DNA of 64,000 nt from Ylistrum balloti (Eukaryota): the NCBI RefSeq assembly GCF_031769215.1, contig NW_026782072.1, positions 124,001 through 188,000 of the forward strand. The letters are read 5' to 3'. A program made the position numbers and the translations under genes. Shown piece after piece: positions 44,401 through 56,342 of the stretch. Numbering within the stretch: position 1 is the first letter of the stretch; each line of letters begins with the position of its first letter. The notes below the pieces were generated by a model that was not told where the DNA came from, did no database searches, and was given only the letters and a program-made list of their open reading frames with translations.

Positions 44401-47400
44401 GTTGGTGTACATTTGTTTCAATCCCAAATATATTCTGCTTGTGGCCATATATTTACATGTCAATTGATCAGGGTTCAATTTTTTCAAGAATCTTCTTTAG
44501 TTTTACTGAGATAGAGAACCATATCCTTGAAAACTCTGAAGAACCATTAGAAATGTCTCACATACACTATACACATGCAGTGTACATAATCCACAACATT
44601 TACCTTCGCATATTCCAATTTCAATTAAACTTTTTCTCTAAAATTGTCATGTGGAATGCTGACAAAAGTCTAATAGTCCTATATTATTACTTGAAAGCTA
44701 CACAAAGGCATTCCAATCATAAACAAGGATGGCAGTTGTTCTAGAATTTGACCTATAAGAAAATGACCTATCGATCCCAGGATGCAACAGACTATCGTAA
44801 ACTTTGGCTATGGCTTCTGAAGCAACCAAAAAATTTCAGAAGATATTTTTGTGATTTTTATTAAAAGATATGATTAATTAAATCCACGAAAATGTTATTT
44901 TTATTTCAATCTTAAAATCATCCCGATTACAATTGCAAATGATGGTTCTAGACAATCTGTTTCAGTCACAAACATTTGATGGACATGTACGCTTCCTTTT
45001 TTCGCCCGCATATAATCTGCACTGGTGTAAAAGCCACATGCCCTTGCCTAAAAAAATTACTGGATTGATTAAGACATTCCAGATTTATCTTTGAGTTTAG
45101 ATTAATAGAGCTAGAACAATTATGATAATGCAAGAAACAGTACACTAAGTCTTTGATGACTACAAGGATGGTTGTGTCAGTGAGATCACTGAGTTTGGCG
45201 CAGAACTAAGTTGTATGTCTGGCACCAATGATCATATGAGCAAAACAGGAAGTAGGTTTCAATTACCAAATGATCAAATAGTATGAATGTTTGTTTTTGA
45301 TTGCAGTCATAATGGCATATCATTTGGTATAACAATTTCTGACTTGAAATACTTATTGTATCAATGATCACACAGTCAATGTTGGCTGTGAAGGGAATTT
45401 TTTTTTCAATATTTGATGTCTTTATTTTTTTCAAGCCAGATAAAATGCATGTTTTTTTCTCTAAACATTAAACCAAAGCTGGCATGTGATTGTTTCATCT
45501 AACATCAAATTAGAGTTGACATTCATCATAATAAAAACCATATTTTTTTAGTATTGTTTTGTAAAATGCAAGTTGTGGTTCTCTCTTGACACTGTACAAG
45601 GAGCATGCCCCTTGTTTGAAATGAAATCAATATGAATGAAAACAAAAGCAAAAATCTATTAAAATTATCGAGTTCAAAAGGAAAGCAGGACACAATGACT
45701 CAAATATCGAGTCTCAAAAATCATTGATGTAGTTAAAGGTTTTACTTCCAGTAGATTTGGAATCAAATACAATAAATATGTTTGTGTACTGTTGTACAGA
45801 GTTCAATATACTATCATTATTTAGTTCTGCCCTTAATTCAGTCATCACTCATATCATGTCGAGGCAATAGCATAACCAATTTCCATTAGACATTGGCCTG
45901 TTGATGTGACTGGATTTAACAACCATGGTTCTAATCATCAAAGACAGTGTACCAATTTCTTGTTCTCTTCAAACATTGTCCTGTTTCTCGAAACTTTAAG
46001 GTTAGTCCTGACCAAGTGTACACCTAAAAGACAATGCATTTCACAAATATGCTAATTTTTAAGTATGTTCTGTTAATTTTCATTCTTTTCATTTTATAAA
46101 TCAATAGTCACTTACACTGCATCAAGTAATCAATCATTGATTAAAATTGACTACCAGCTAAATACTGAATTAATTAGCTTTACATGTTTCAGGGTTAATG
46201 AATTTCAGGACTACATGCATTTGATATTGTGTGGTTTTAAAGGTTTTTACACTGAATAAATGATATATACATGTATATACTCTTCGTTGATCACACACAC
46301 ACATAAGAGACCCTATTCTGCTGCCCCCATTATTAATGCTCAGTGGCTAAGAACAGTTATGCAATAGAAAAAGATTTGGCAAATATTCAAATTTCTGTCA
46401 CTTCCCACAACCATGTATGTGTATTAGGTGTACAAACATGTGTGTATTCACATCAATACCTTGTAGTGCATACAGTGTACCTAGTTATATCAATGTAGCA
46501 CAGGTACAATTGTGTTATCAGCAATTACTTAAAGAGCTATTTAGCCAAATTAACGGTAAATATACCACCAGGTGAAACCTTACCATATGTTAGCAAACTG
46601 CATGCAATATATATATATTCATTTAGCAGTGGATATATATAGAAAACACATGTGTCCTGATAATGGTTTGTTTACATATTTGCAGTGCATTCATTTGTGT
46701 ATCAACATTACAGTAGAAATTCATGTTACACAACAAAAACTTTCCATACTTGCAGTGGCATTTCTAAATAGATGCTGTGAAGGGGACTAAATTCTGTATA
46801 AATGGTGAGTTTGATCCCTCTTTTAACAAAGGAATGGGGCCAAACAGGGGAAACAGAGGAAAAGCTTAATATTCTTTTTCTGCAGAAATGAAGATCCCCC
46901 CTCCAAATTGGTCAAGATAAACATTATTGGGGTCCATTATATGGGAAATATAAAATAACCAGATATGTCATCCAAAATTAGCCTGAAACAACCTTGAGAC
47001 AAACAAAATCAAAATATTTGTACTCATATATTACAATTCTGGATTCATGATTTTACGAGTCTCAAATTTTGAGGACCCACAATATCTCTCAGTAATGAAA
47101 GTCGTCAAAACTTTGGAAGAAATGGTATTTCTGCCTTATGGACTCACCACAAAAACCACTACACAAATTACTGATACTACATATTTAGAAACATGACAAT
47201 ATTTTAATGAATTTTCAAAAGGAGTACACAGTTTTAAATATCGCATTAAAAAGCCCAGTCAAAGATCTTGCAAAATTAAATGTTCTATACGGATAACATA
47301 TTTTTGCAGCACTATAGCTGTTGTGCTTTAGCTCCATAAACATTGACTTATTAATCTCTTGCTTGATATATAGTTTTAACAGTCTGATAAGAAAATCAAG

Positions 47401-49265
47401 CTACATACTAAACTCCTGATATACAAGACGTGCTGACAAGTTCAATGTGTTACCAGACTAAATTTTATCTGTTTCTGCATCTGTTTCGAAAGACTGATTT
47501 TTCATTGGATTCCCATATCATAATGACTCTTCCATAAGCTTTAAAGTTAAAGTTGTAACATTGTAAAGAGCTATACACTGCAGAAATGCCAAAACATTTC
47601 TCACTGATGCAAATGTTTACACCATGTTTTGGTTATGCATGATTGGTCAAAAGCAGAAAGCGAAGTAAATTTGGACATCATTTTACTATCATGACATTGT
47701 GTTGCATTAATAATCAGTGTATCGTTACACTTCTGCTCTCATAAATATACAGATATTGTAAACTGGTAAATTTAATGAAATCTGTTTTTGTTGAAAAGCC
47801 AAAATACAACTGGTTTTCAAAATCACAAATTCTTTCGCAACAAACTAAATAAGCAATGGATCAGACTGATAAACATGGATATATAGAAACTTGATTTGAC
47901 CCAAAATATTTGTCAATGAAATATTTTATATCTGACCATGAGCTTTGACTTGCTAATTTTAACCTTTCATTGGTTGATTTCTCATATGATATCAGTCAAT
48001 AATGCTGTATCATCCTAACAGAAATGAAGATGTTTTGCTGTAAGCGATTTTACATTCATTCATAGTAACAATGACCTTGATCATTAAGCTCAGGACCCGA
48101 AAATCACTCCAACGCAAACACTTCCTTAAAAACATTGGGCATAGTTTATGTGCAATTTGCCCAACTAAACTAAGGATATTGTACTGAAACAGTCAAAGAC
48201 TTATAAAGACAATTTGTTTACCATACGTCAATATAGGGCCCTTGCATCTTCAATGTGGAATCATAACTAGTTCTATGTATAAATGAGTTTTAAATTTTGT
48301 CTCAACATGGTGCAACTTCAATTTCAGTCTGGTTGATAAATCAGATCAGCTCCATTAAAGTCAAAGGTTTAATTACACATTTGCACATGGTGTATTTAAC
48401 CAATCAAAATTCTAGTGACAGTTGGGTTACAACCTAATACAAGGGAGATGACATGTTTTCTGAATCTTAATTTTTAATTGTAAATGAAACTTGCACTATC
48501 AGTAATTCCTGGATTCATTTTCCTTTTCATTTGAAATTAATAATTCTAAATCTGCAGGATTGACCTGACAGCAATCGAGGTTGTAAAGGAAACTGGTTTT
48601 TTTAAGCATTGTGCATGTCCAACCATAATAAACTTTGACCACGCCCCCTTTACAAATCAAAACAATTTCGGACAATGTATCGTCTGCAGCATTCATAGAA
48701 TATAAAGTACGTTAAATGATATTTTCATGAACCCGTCAAATTATAAGACACCCCGAGTATCAATGTGTAGCTAACCAACCACGTGGTTGTTCTTACCAAA
48801 ACAAATCGATGTGAACGGCACATACACACACACCACTAGGCCAACTCAGTGGTGGTTTAAGATTTCTGTCAGCTAATTGAGCGAGCTATATGTGCTCATG
48901 TCATGTTCAAAACTCACCTTCCAACCTGCCGAGCTTGTGTTGTCCCCTTTATCTTTAAAGTAGGGTACATTCTGGACCATCCAGTCGTAAATTTGCGACA
49001 GTGTAAGTCGCTGTTCTGCCGAACTTTGTATAGCTTTCGTAATTAGGTCAGCATACGAGAGATTTCCCCACGCATTACGTCGAGATGATGTCTTCTTGTT
49101 TAAGGCGACATTTTCTTGTTTTATTGCATTTTCTGACGCACATTCGTCTGATGCTGGTGAACTTTGAGTATCGTTTATCGGCTCTTGAGGCCTGCAAGGC
49201 CAAGTATTGCTCCTGGCTCTCGCTTGTGGCTCGAAGTTCGGATCTATTTCTGGTTGTGCGTCCAT
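27845..49265 (-). CDS. foxo: Forkhead box O transcription factor, 661 aa; join complement(48918..49265,27845..29482)
   Basis: Forkhead domain [16 protein letters not shown]...SSAGWK|[27 protein letters not shown]; three Akt motifs (RARSNT, RRRAGS, RQRTSS); [11 protein letters not shown]; C-terminal transactivation motif [22 protein letters not shown]; phase-0 intron at the conserved WK|NS position. Confidence 0.98.
30387..30934 (+). mobile_element. HINE/MITE-like element in FoxO intron
   Basis: Starts ACAAGATG...GGGCCTGTATCGCTCACCT and ends GGCCTCAGTCCTATGGACTAGGTGGGCTTAAAA; internal GATGCTTCAG and GTTGGACAAAATCC are shared, inverted, with the element at 60688-61430. Confidence 0.6.
34500..34795. 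repeat. 76-bp tandem repeat, ~4 degenerate copies, carrying CRE palindromes
   Basis: ATGATGTCAT at 34573 and ATGACGTCAT at 34649 and 34725, an exact 76-bp period. Confidence 0.85.
37318..37813 (-). mobile_element. TcMar (pogo/Tigger-like) DNA transposon end
   Basis: TA followed by CCGTATTTCTCCGCCAATAAGCCC (37320-37343) and its internal inverted copy GGGCTTATTGCCGGATAA (37383-37400); minus-strand acidic tail [20 protein letters not shown] like pogo transposase C-termini; the other TIR was not found. Confidence 0.5.
48918..49265 (-). CDS. foxo: FoxO coding exon 1 (348 nt)
   Basis: First in-frame ATG ([23 protein letters not shown]), with an in-frame TAA upstream; donor TGGAAG|gtgagt. Confidence 0.96.
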
Positions 49266-49303
49266 TTTGGATCCAAAGCGAGCCACAGGGAGAACGCCAG
49301 AAT

Positions 49304-49357
49304 TCAAGCAGATTTACTGCCCTTTCGTATTATCGATGTATCTCCACACCGTATCAT
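49304..49357 (-). other. Candidate uORF in FoxO leader ([17 protein letters not shown])
   Basis: ATG at 49357, TGA at 49306-49304, ending 38 nt before the main ATG. Confidence 0.4.
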
Positions 49358-49378
49358 TGATAAGATAGTAATCCAAAA

Positions 49379-49426
49379 TCACAAAGTCTTCATAATATAA
49401 TCCATGACAGCTTCCATCGCCTTCAT
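49379..49426 (-). other. Candidate uORF in FoxO leader (MKAMEAVMDYIMKTL*)
   Basis: Four in-frame ATGs in 15 codons; start overlaps the stop of a 3-codon uORF (49423-49434); requires the TSS to lie upstream. Confidence 0.45.
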
Positions 49427-51159
49427 CCACACATGTATCACAATCAAAACATTGACAGGTAGAACTCGGCTAGTAGCTGCATACATAGGGGGCACCTGAT
49501 GACGTATTTGTTGTCACGGGTGATTTGCATATTCTGCGCAATAGATCTATGCGCATATCACAACACGGGTTGTCGTTCTTGATGTAGGCAACAGAAATTC
49601 GTAGCAATGCATTTTAAAGTGGCATTAATAAAAATAAAAATATGGACTTCTCAATGCAAGCGACTCATTTAATTGACTGTATTTGTTTATTATTAGGATA
49701 ATGGGACATCCTGCACGACACTTGAGATTAGTTGTACAGTTGTGTACTTTACTCATATACACTTACCTAAAATCAACTAAGTTGTTATTTAAATTGACCA
49801 AAAGGGTTAATATTTCAGTAAATTGAAGCACATTTATTGCAAACTGTTAGTATACCACATGCATAAAAGGGCGAAAATGCGATACTTTGTAAAACATTTA
49901 TAAGATATTTCAAGTTTATGAGCAAATTTATTTTCAAAGTAGAAGAAAATTTTATTTTGTTTCAACTGACACGATAAATTCCATCACCTACTTAAAATAT
50001 AGAAATAAAAAGAAAGCATGGTTAAATGAAGGAGACTGATAGAAATCAGTCAAATAACAATGGTAAGTCAACTTATCATTTATCCCAGGAGTATTTTCGT
50101 TCCATATTTCATTTCATTTATATAATATATCTTACTTGGATAAATCAGATATGGTATATAATGTATAGGATATTTTACAATATATATCTTGTAAACTATA
50201 TGATCTATCTTGTATAGGAATTTCACCAAAAATCAAACTAAAAATATCTCATAGGTTATAAAATATATCTCGGCGATCATCTTTCTTTCTGAGATATCCC
50301 ATCATGGATGCTAATATATTTTGAGATATATATAACATGAGATATCTCATATATTGTACATGATGGGATGTCGTGTAAGATATCACATATGCTATATTAT
50401 CTATCTAATATGATAGTCTCGTCGTATATACGATATCTCGTATGGGAACGAGACTTGGCAAACTGTAGTCGAATTCCTCAAGTAATGATGCGGAGTTGTT
50501 GAATGTGTCTATGGACAATAAGAGCCGGCTTCAAGTGTTTTTTTATGACCAGAAACACGTGCTGAAGAATCGTTTCCACTGATACAGAACAGAACAATCA
50601 GAAGTGATCCAAATCATTCTTGGGGAAACTTACGTTTTCCTTTTCCATGAGCTCTCATTCATTATATGGTATTTCATAAGATGTCTTACATAATTGATAT
50701 CTTTATCATATGTTTATTTATTACAGATATCTGATTTAATTTCTATATGAGGTATATTATATATAACATAAGATATATTATATAAAGATATCTGATCTAG
50801 ACATGTAAGATATCTAATTTGGTATTTAGATACATGTATTAGTAAAACATATAAGATGGTTCATATAGTGTATATTACGTCTTATTTGGTGAAACATAAG
50901 ATCAACATTGCGGTTGGAACAAATGATAAGTGGGCTTACCATAAGTTTTGGTTTTGAGGAGTCGTCAGTGAAGCTGATTGAAACTTGGGTAGTGATTGAC
51001 GACAACATTTTGAAAAGGAATAAAGCAAAATGTTTGTCGAAGAAGTGAACCAGCAGTACAAATAAATAAATTTCATAACTTTATCTACATTAGATTATTT
51101 CAAAAGAACATCATGGCAAGTACATTCTGAACTGTGCCACCAAGTTATCAAACAATATA

Positions 51160-51196
51160 GGGATATTCCGGAAATTTCCACTGGCTTGGAAATTCC
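51160..51196. promoter_or_regulatory. Cluster of NF-kB/Rel-like sites
   Basis: GGGATATTCC (51160-51169), GGAAATTTCC (51170-51179), GGAAATTCC (51188-51196), overlapping TTCCGGAA. Confidence 0.4.
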
Positions 51197-51344
51197 TGTA
51201 AATTCTTGTCAGGTTAAGGACTTTAACCAGCCTTAACCTTGTCAACATCGTCTGAGTTAAGCCAGACTAAGGGTTGTCATCATGGTAAGAGATTATCAAG
51301 GCGTACGATTTCCATCTTCATCAAAGTTTACACATGATTACGAT

Positions 51345-53610
51345 CGTCATCTTGGTCAGAGTTTAACCAGGCTTAGGATTGTCATCTTGGTCAGAGTTTA
51401 ACCAGGCTTAGGATTGTCATCTTGGCCTTAGGATTGTCATCTTGGTCAGAGTTTAACCAGGCTTAGGATTGTCATCTTGGTCAGAGTTTAACCAGACGTA
51501 GGATTGTCATCTTGGCCTTAGGATTGTCATCTTGGTCAGAGTTTAACCAGGCTTAGGATTGTCATCTTGGTCAGAGTTTAACCAGACGTAGGATTGTCAT
51601 CTTGGTCAGAGTTTAACCAGACTTAGGATTGTCATCTTGGTCAGAGTTTAACCAGGCTTAGGATTGTCATCTTGGTCAGAGTTTAACCAGACGTAGGATT
51701 GTCATCTTGGCCTTAGGATTGTCATCTTGGTCAGAGTTTAACCAGGCTTAGGATTGTCATCTTGGTCAGAGTTTAACCAGACGTAGGATTGTCATCTTGG
51801 TCAGAGTTTAACCAGACTTAGGATTGTCATCTTGGTCAGAGTTTAACCAGGCTTAGGATTGTCATCTTGGTCAGAGTTTAACCAGGCTTAGGATTGTCAT
51901 CTTGGTCAGAGTTTAACCAGGCTTAGGATTGTCATCTTGGTCAGAGTTTAACCAGACTTAGGACTGTCATCTTGGTCAGAGTTTAACCAGGCTTAGGATT
52001 GTCATCTTGGCCTTAGGATTGTCATCTTGGTCAGATTTTAACCAGGCTTAGGATTGTCAACTTGGTCAGAGTTTAACCAGGCTTAGGATTGTCATCTTGG
52101 CCTTAGGATTATCATCTTGGTCAGAGTTTAACCAGGCTTAGGGTTGTCATCTTGGTAAGAGTTTAACCAGGCTTAGGATTGTCATCTTGGTCAGAGTTTA
52201 ACCAGACTTAGGATTGTCATCTTGGTCAGAGTTTAACCAGGCTTAGGATTGTCATCTTGGTCAGAGTTTAACCAGGCTTAGGATTGTCATCTTGGTCAGA
52301 GTTTAACCAGGCTTAGGATTGTCATCTTGGCCTTAGGATTGTCATCTTGGTCAGAGTTTAACCAGGCTTAGGATTGTCATCTTGGTCAGAGTTTAACCAG
52401 ACGTAGGATTGTCATCTTGGTCAGAGTTTAACCAGGCTTAGGATTGTCATCTTGGCCTTAGGATTATCATCTTGGTCAGAGTTTAACCAGGCTTAGGGTT
52501 GTCATCTTGGTAAGAGTTTAACCAGGCTTAGGATTGTCATCTTGGTCAGAGTTTAACCAGGCTTAGGATTGTCATCTTGGCCTTAGGATTATCATCTTGG
52601 TCAGAGTTTAACCAGGCTTAGGGTTGTCATCTTGGCCAGAGTTTAACCAGGCTTAGGATTGTCATCTTGGTCAGAGTTTAACCAGGCTTAGGATTGTCAT
52701 CTTGGTCTTAGGATTGTCATCTTGGTCAGAGTTTAACCAGGCTTAGGATTGTCATCTTGGTCAGAGTTTAACCAGACGTAGGATTGTCATCTTGGTCAGA
52801 GTTTAACCAGACTTAGGATTGTCATCTTGGTCAGAGTTTAACCAGGCTTAGGATTGTCATCTTGGTCAGAGTTTAACCAGGCTTAGGATTGTCATCTTGG
52901 TCAGAGTTTAACCAGGCTTAGGATTGTCATCTTGGTCAGAGTTTAACCAGACTTAGGACTGTCATCTTGGTCAGAGTTTAACCAGGCTTAGGATTGTCAT
53001 CTTGGCCTTAGGATTGTCATCTTGGTCAGATTTTAACCAGGCTTAGGATTGTCAACTTGGTCAGAGTTTAACCAGGCTTAGGATTGTCATCTTGGCCTTA
53101 GGATTATCATCTTGGTCAGAGTTTAACCAGGTTTAGGGTTGTCATCTTGGTAAGAGTTTAACCAGGCTTAGGATTGTCATCTTGGTCAGAGTTTAACCAG
53201 ACTTAGGATTGTCATCTTGGTCAGAGTTTAACCAGGCTTAGGATTGTCATCTTGGTCAGAGTTTAACCAGGCTTAGGATTGTCATCTTGGTCAGAGTTTA
53301 ACCAGGCTTAGGATTGTCATCTTGGTCAGAGTTTAACCAGGCTTAGGATTGTCATCTTGGTCAGAGTTTAACCAGGCTTAGGATTGTCATCTTGGCCTTA
53401 GGATTATCATCTTGGTCAGAGTTTAACCAGGCTTAGGGTTGTCATCTTGGTCAGAGTTTAACCAGGCTTAGGATTGTCATCTTGGTCAGAGTTTAACCAG
53501 ACTTAGGATTGTCATCTTGGTCAGAGTTTAACCAGGCTTAGGATTGTCATCTTGGTCAGAGTTTAACCAGGCTTAGGATTGTCATCTTGGTCAGAGTTTA
53601 ACCAGACTTT
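51345..53610. repeat. Minisatellite sub-array 1: TCAGAGTTTAACCAGGCTTAGGATTGTCATCTTGG (35 bp) with 20-bp truncated units (CCTTAGGATTGTCATCTTGG), roughly 65-70 units
   Basis: Directly visible and highly homogeneous. Confidence 0.97.
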
Positions 53611-54373
53611 GGACTGTAACCATTATAAAATATAACCCAGACGTAAGATTGTCGTCTTGATTCGATTTTAGCCACACATAAGATTGCTATCATAGTAAAA
53701 TTTCATCATGGCCTACGATCGTGGCCAGAGTTTAGTGATGCTAAAGATTGTCATAATGGCGAGACTTTAGCCAAGATTAGGATTATCATCCCGGTCAGTG
53801 TTTATGTGGCACAATGTCTGTACTACGACTGATTGTATATCATCACTTGTATTCACAGGTGAGTATTACATTGTCTGTGATTTCTACTATGTGTAAATAC
53901 TGTCCTATTGTGTATGTGTAGTCCATGAGTGTCTGGAGAGTGAGTTTGCGCGACGTAAGAGTTATAAAAAAGAAACTGGTTTGACCACTGACGGACAATA
54001 GAAGACATGCGTGCTTCGTTTTCTTTTGGCGCCGATTTTGATAGATATTCTTCGGCCTTTAACTGGACAAGATGTACCGTTTTATCTTTTCTATGCATTG
54101 ACTTCTGCAAACATGTAATTATTCTTATCATCATCCCCATGCCAAGTAAGTTACCATTTCTTCAAATATTAATACTTTCTATATTAAGGAAAATAACATC
54201 GCGATCGGTAATTTTAGAAATGATTATATCTAATTTATAAGTGATGTTTGCCGTGATATTCCAGCTGTCTATTCATATTTTGCTATGACCTATGAATGTA
54301 CAGAGTAATATCATATTTTTGACTGGTGATATATTTGAATAGAATCTGTGTAAATGTATTTAGACTGTATTTT

Positions 54374-54546
54374 AATAACGCACACTTGTATAATTTGGAG
54401 CATCGGACTCAGTCGTATGCATGGTTGTACAAATAGCTTTAATTTGCTGGAGGGATTTTTTGATAACGCACACTTGCATAATTAAGAGTATTGGATTCAG
54501 TCATATGCATGGTTGTACAAATAGCTTTAATTTGCTGCAGGGATTT
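54374..54546. repeat. Two-copy 89-bp direct duplication
   Basis: ATAACGCACACTTG...ATGCATGGTTGTACAAATAGCTTTAATTTGCTG.AGGGATTT at 54374 and 54463. Confidence 0.9.
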
Positions 54547-54821
54547 ATGGACCTCATACGCTGACAGATCAATCAAACTTGCTTTACGAGTTCCTCATAT
54601 GTCAAAGTCCACCCTAAACCCGACTATATTATATTAAGCCAGACATCGAATTTTAATCCTGAACAGAGCTTAGCCAGACATAGGTTTGATTTCACAGAAA
54701 GGAGGTCAGCAGGGTTTATTTTTGTCATCATGGTCACGTTTAAGCAGGCGTTAGATTGCCATCAAAGTAAGAGTTTAGCCAGGTTAGAATGAGCACCAAG
54801 CTTTAATACGACCGTCATCAG

Positions 54822-55600
54822 GATCAAGATTCAAGCCAGACTAACGATCGTCACCATAATCAGAGTTAAGCCACACAAATGATTGTCACCATAATCAGAG
54901 TTTAGCCAGACTAACGATCTTCACCATAATCAGAGTTTAGCCACACAAAGGATTATCATCATGGTCAGAGTTTAGCCAGACTAACGATCTTCACCACAAT
55001 CAGAGTTTAGCCACACAAAGGACTATCATCATGGTCAGAGTTTAGCCAGGCTAACGATCGTCACCATAATCAGAGTTTAGCCACACAAATGACTGTCACC
55101 GTAATCAGAGTTTAGCCACACAATTGACTGTCACCATAATCAGAGTTTAGCCAGACCTACGATCTTCACCATAATCAGAGTTTAGCCACACAAATGACTG
55201 TCACCGTAATCAGAGTTTAGCCAGGCTAACGATCTTCACCATAATCAGAGTTTAGCCACACAAATGACTGTCACCGTAATCAGAGTTTAGCCACACAAAT
55301 GATTGTCACCGTAATCAGAGTTTAGCCACACAAATGACTGTCACCGTAATCAGAGTTTAGCCACACAAATGATTGTCACCGTAATCAGAGTTTAGCCAGG
55401 CTAACGATCTTCACCATAATCAGAGTTTAGCCACACAAATGACTGTCACCGTAATCAGAGTTTAGCCGCACAAATGATTGTCACCGTAATCAGAGTTTAG
55501 CCACACAAATGATTGTCACCGTAATCAGAGTTTAGCCACACAAATGACTGCCACTATAATCAGAGTTTAGTCAGGCTAATGATCGTCATCATGGTCAGAG
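54822..55600. repeat. Minisatellite sub-array 2: AATCAGAGTTTAGCCACACAAATGACTGTCACCGT / ...AGCCAGGCTAACGATCTTCACCAT (35 bp), ~22 units
   Basis: Two alternating unit types share TCAGAGTTTAGCCA with sub-array 1. Confidence 0.95.
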
Positions 55601-56342
55601 TGTAGCCAGGCTAAGTATTGTGAACATGATAAGACTTCTGCCAGCTTAGAATTGCCACCATGATAAGAGTTTAGCCAGACTTAATATTGTCTTCATGGTA
55701 AGAGTTTAAACAGACAAAGGATTATCATCATGGACAGAGTTTAGCCAGGCTAGCGATCGTCATAATGATAAGATTTTAGCCAGCTTAGAATTACCAGCAT
55801 GATCAGAGCTCTGCCAGGCTAACGAATGTCTTCACGATAAGAGTTGAAGCAGGCTTAGAATTGTCTTCAAGATCGAACTTTAGCCAAAGAATTGTCAGCG
55901 TAATCAGAGTTTAGCCAGACGAAGGAGTCATCATGCTGAGAATTTAGTCTGACAGAAGATTGCCATCATAGTAAGATTTCATCAGTCAAATCCTGGCTGA
56001 ATTCTAACAATAGTGACCACCCTCCGCCTGTCTAAAATTGCCTGAACTTGATCATAACGGCAAGTGTAATTCTGGCTACATTCAAGCCATGATACTAATC
56101 CGAAAGCTTGCATTTATAATGAGGACAGTGCTAAGTCTAGATGAGGCTTAGACTGAATTATTCTGACATCTATATCGACCAGGAGGTGACAAACGTCATT
56201 TATCCACTCCAGATAGATATTTACAATTCAATAGAATGTCAGAATAATTCCAACTAAACTCTGACCATGATTTCAATACTAAACCTGGCCATTCTTCTAT
56301 CTTTATTACAAAATTAAACCTGACTATACTCCTTTCTGTCTA

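Noticed and set aside
24963-48222. FoxO-binding elements (GTAAACA/TTGTTTAC) as autoregulatory sites
   Set aside because: Scattered and unclustered, at a frequency compatible with base composition
49266-49307. 14-aa N-terminal extension of FoxO in the ORF track ([14 protein letters not shown])
   Set aside because: Starts at TTG, not ATG; the first in-frame ATG is 49265
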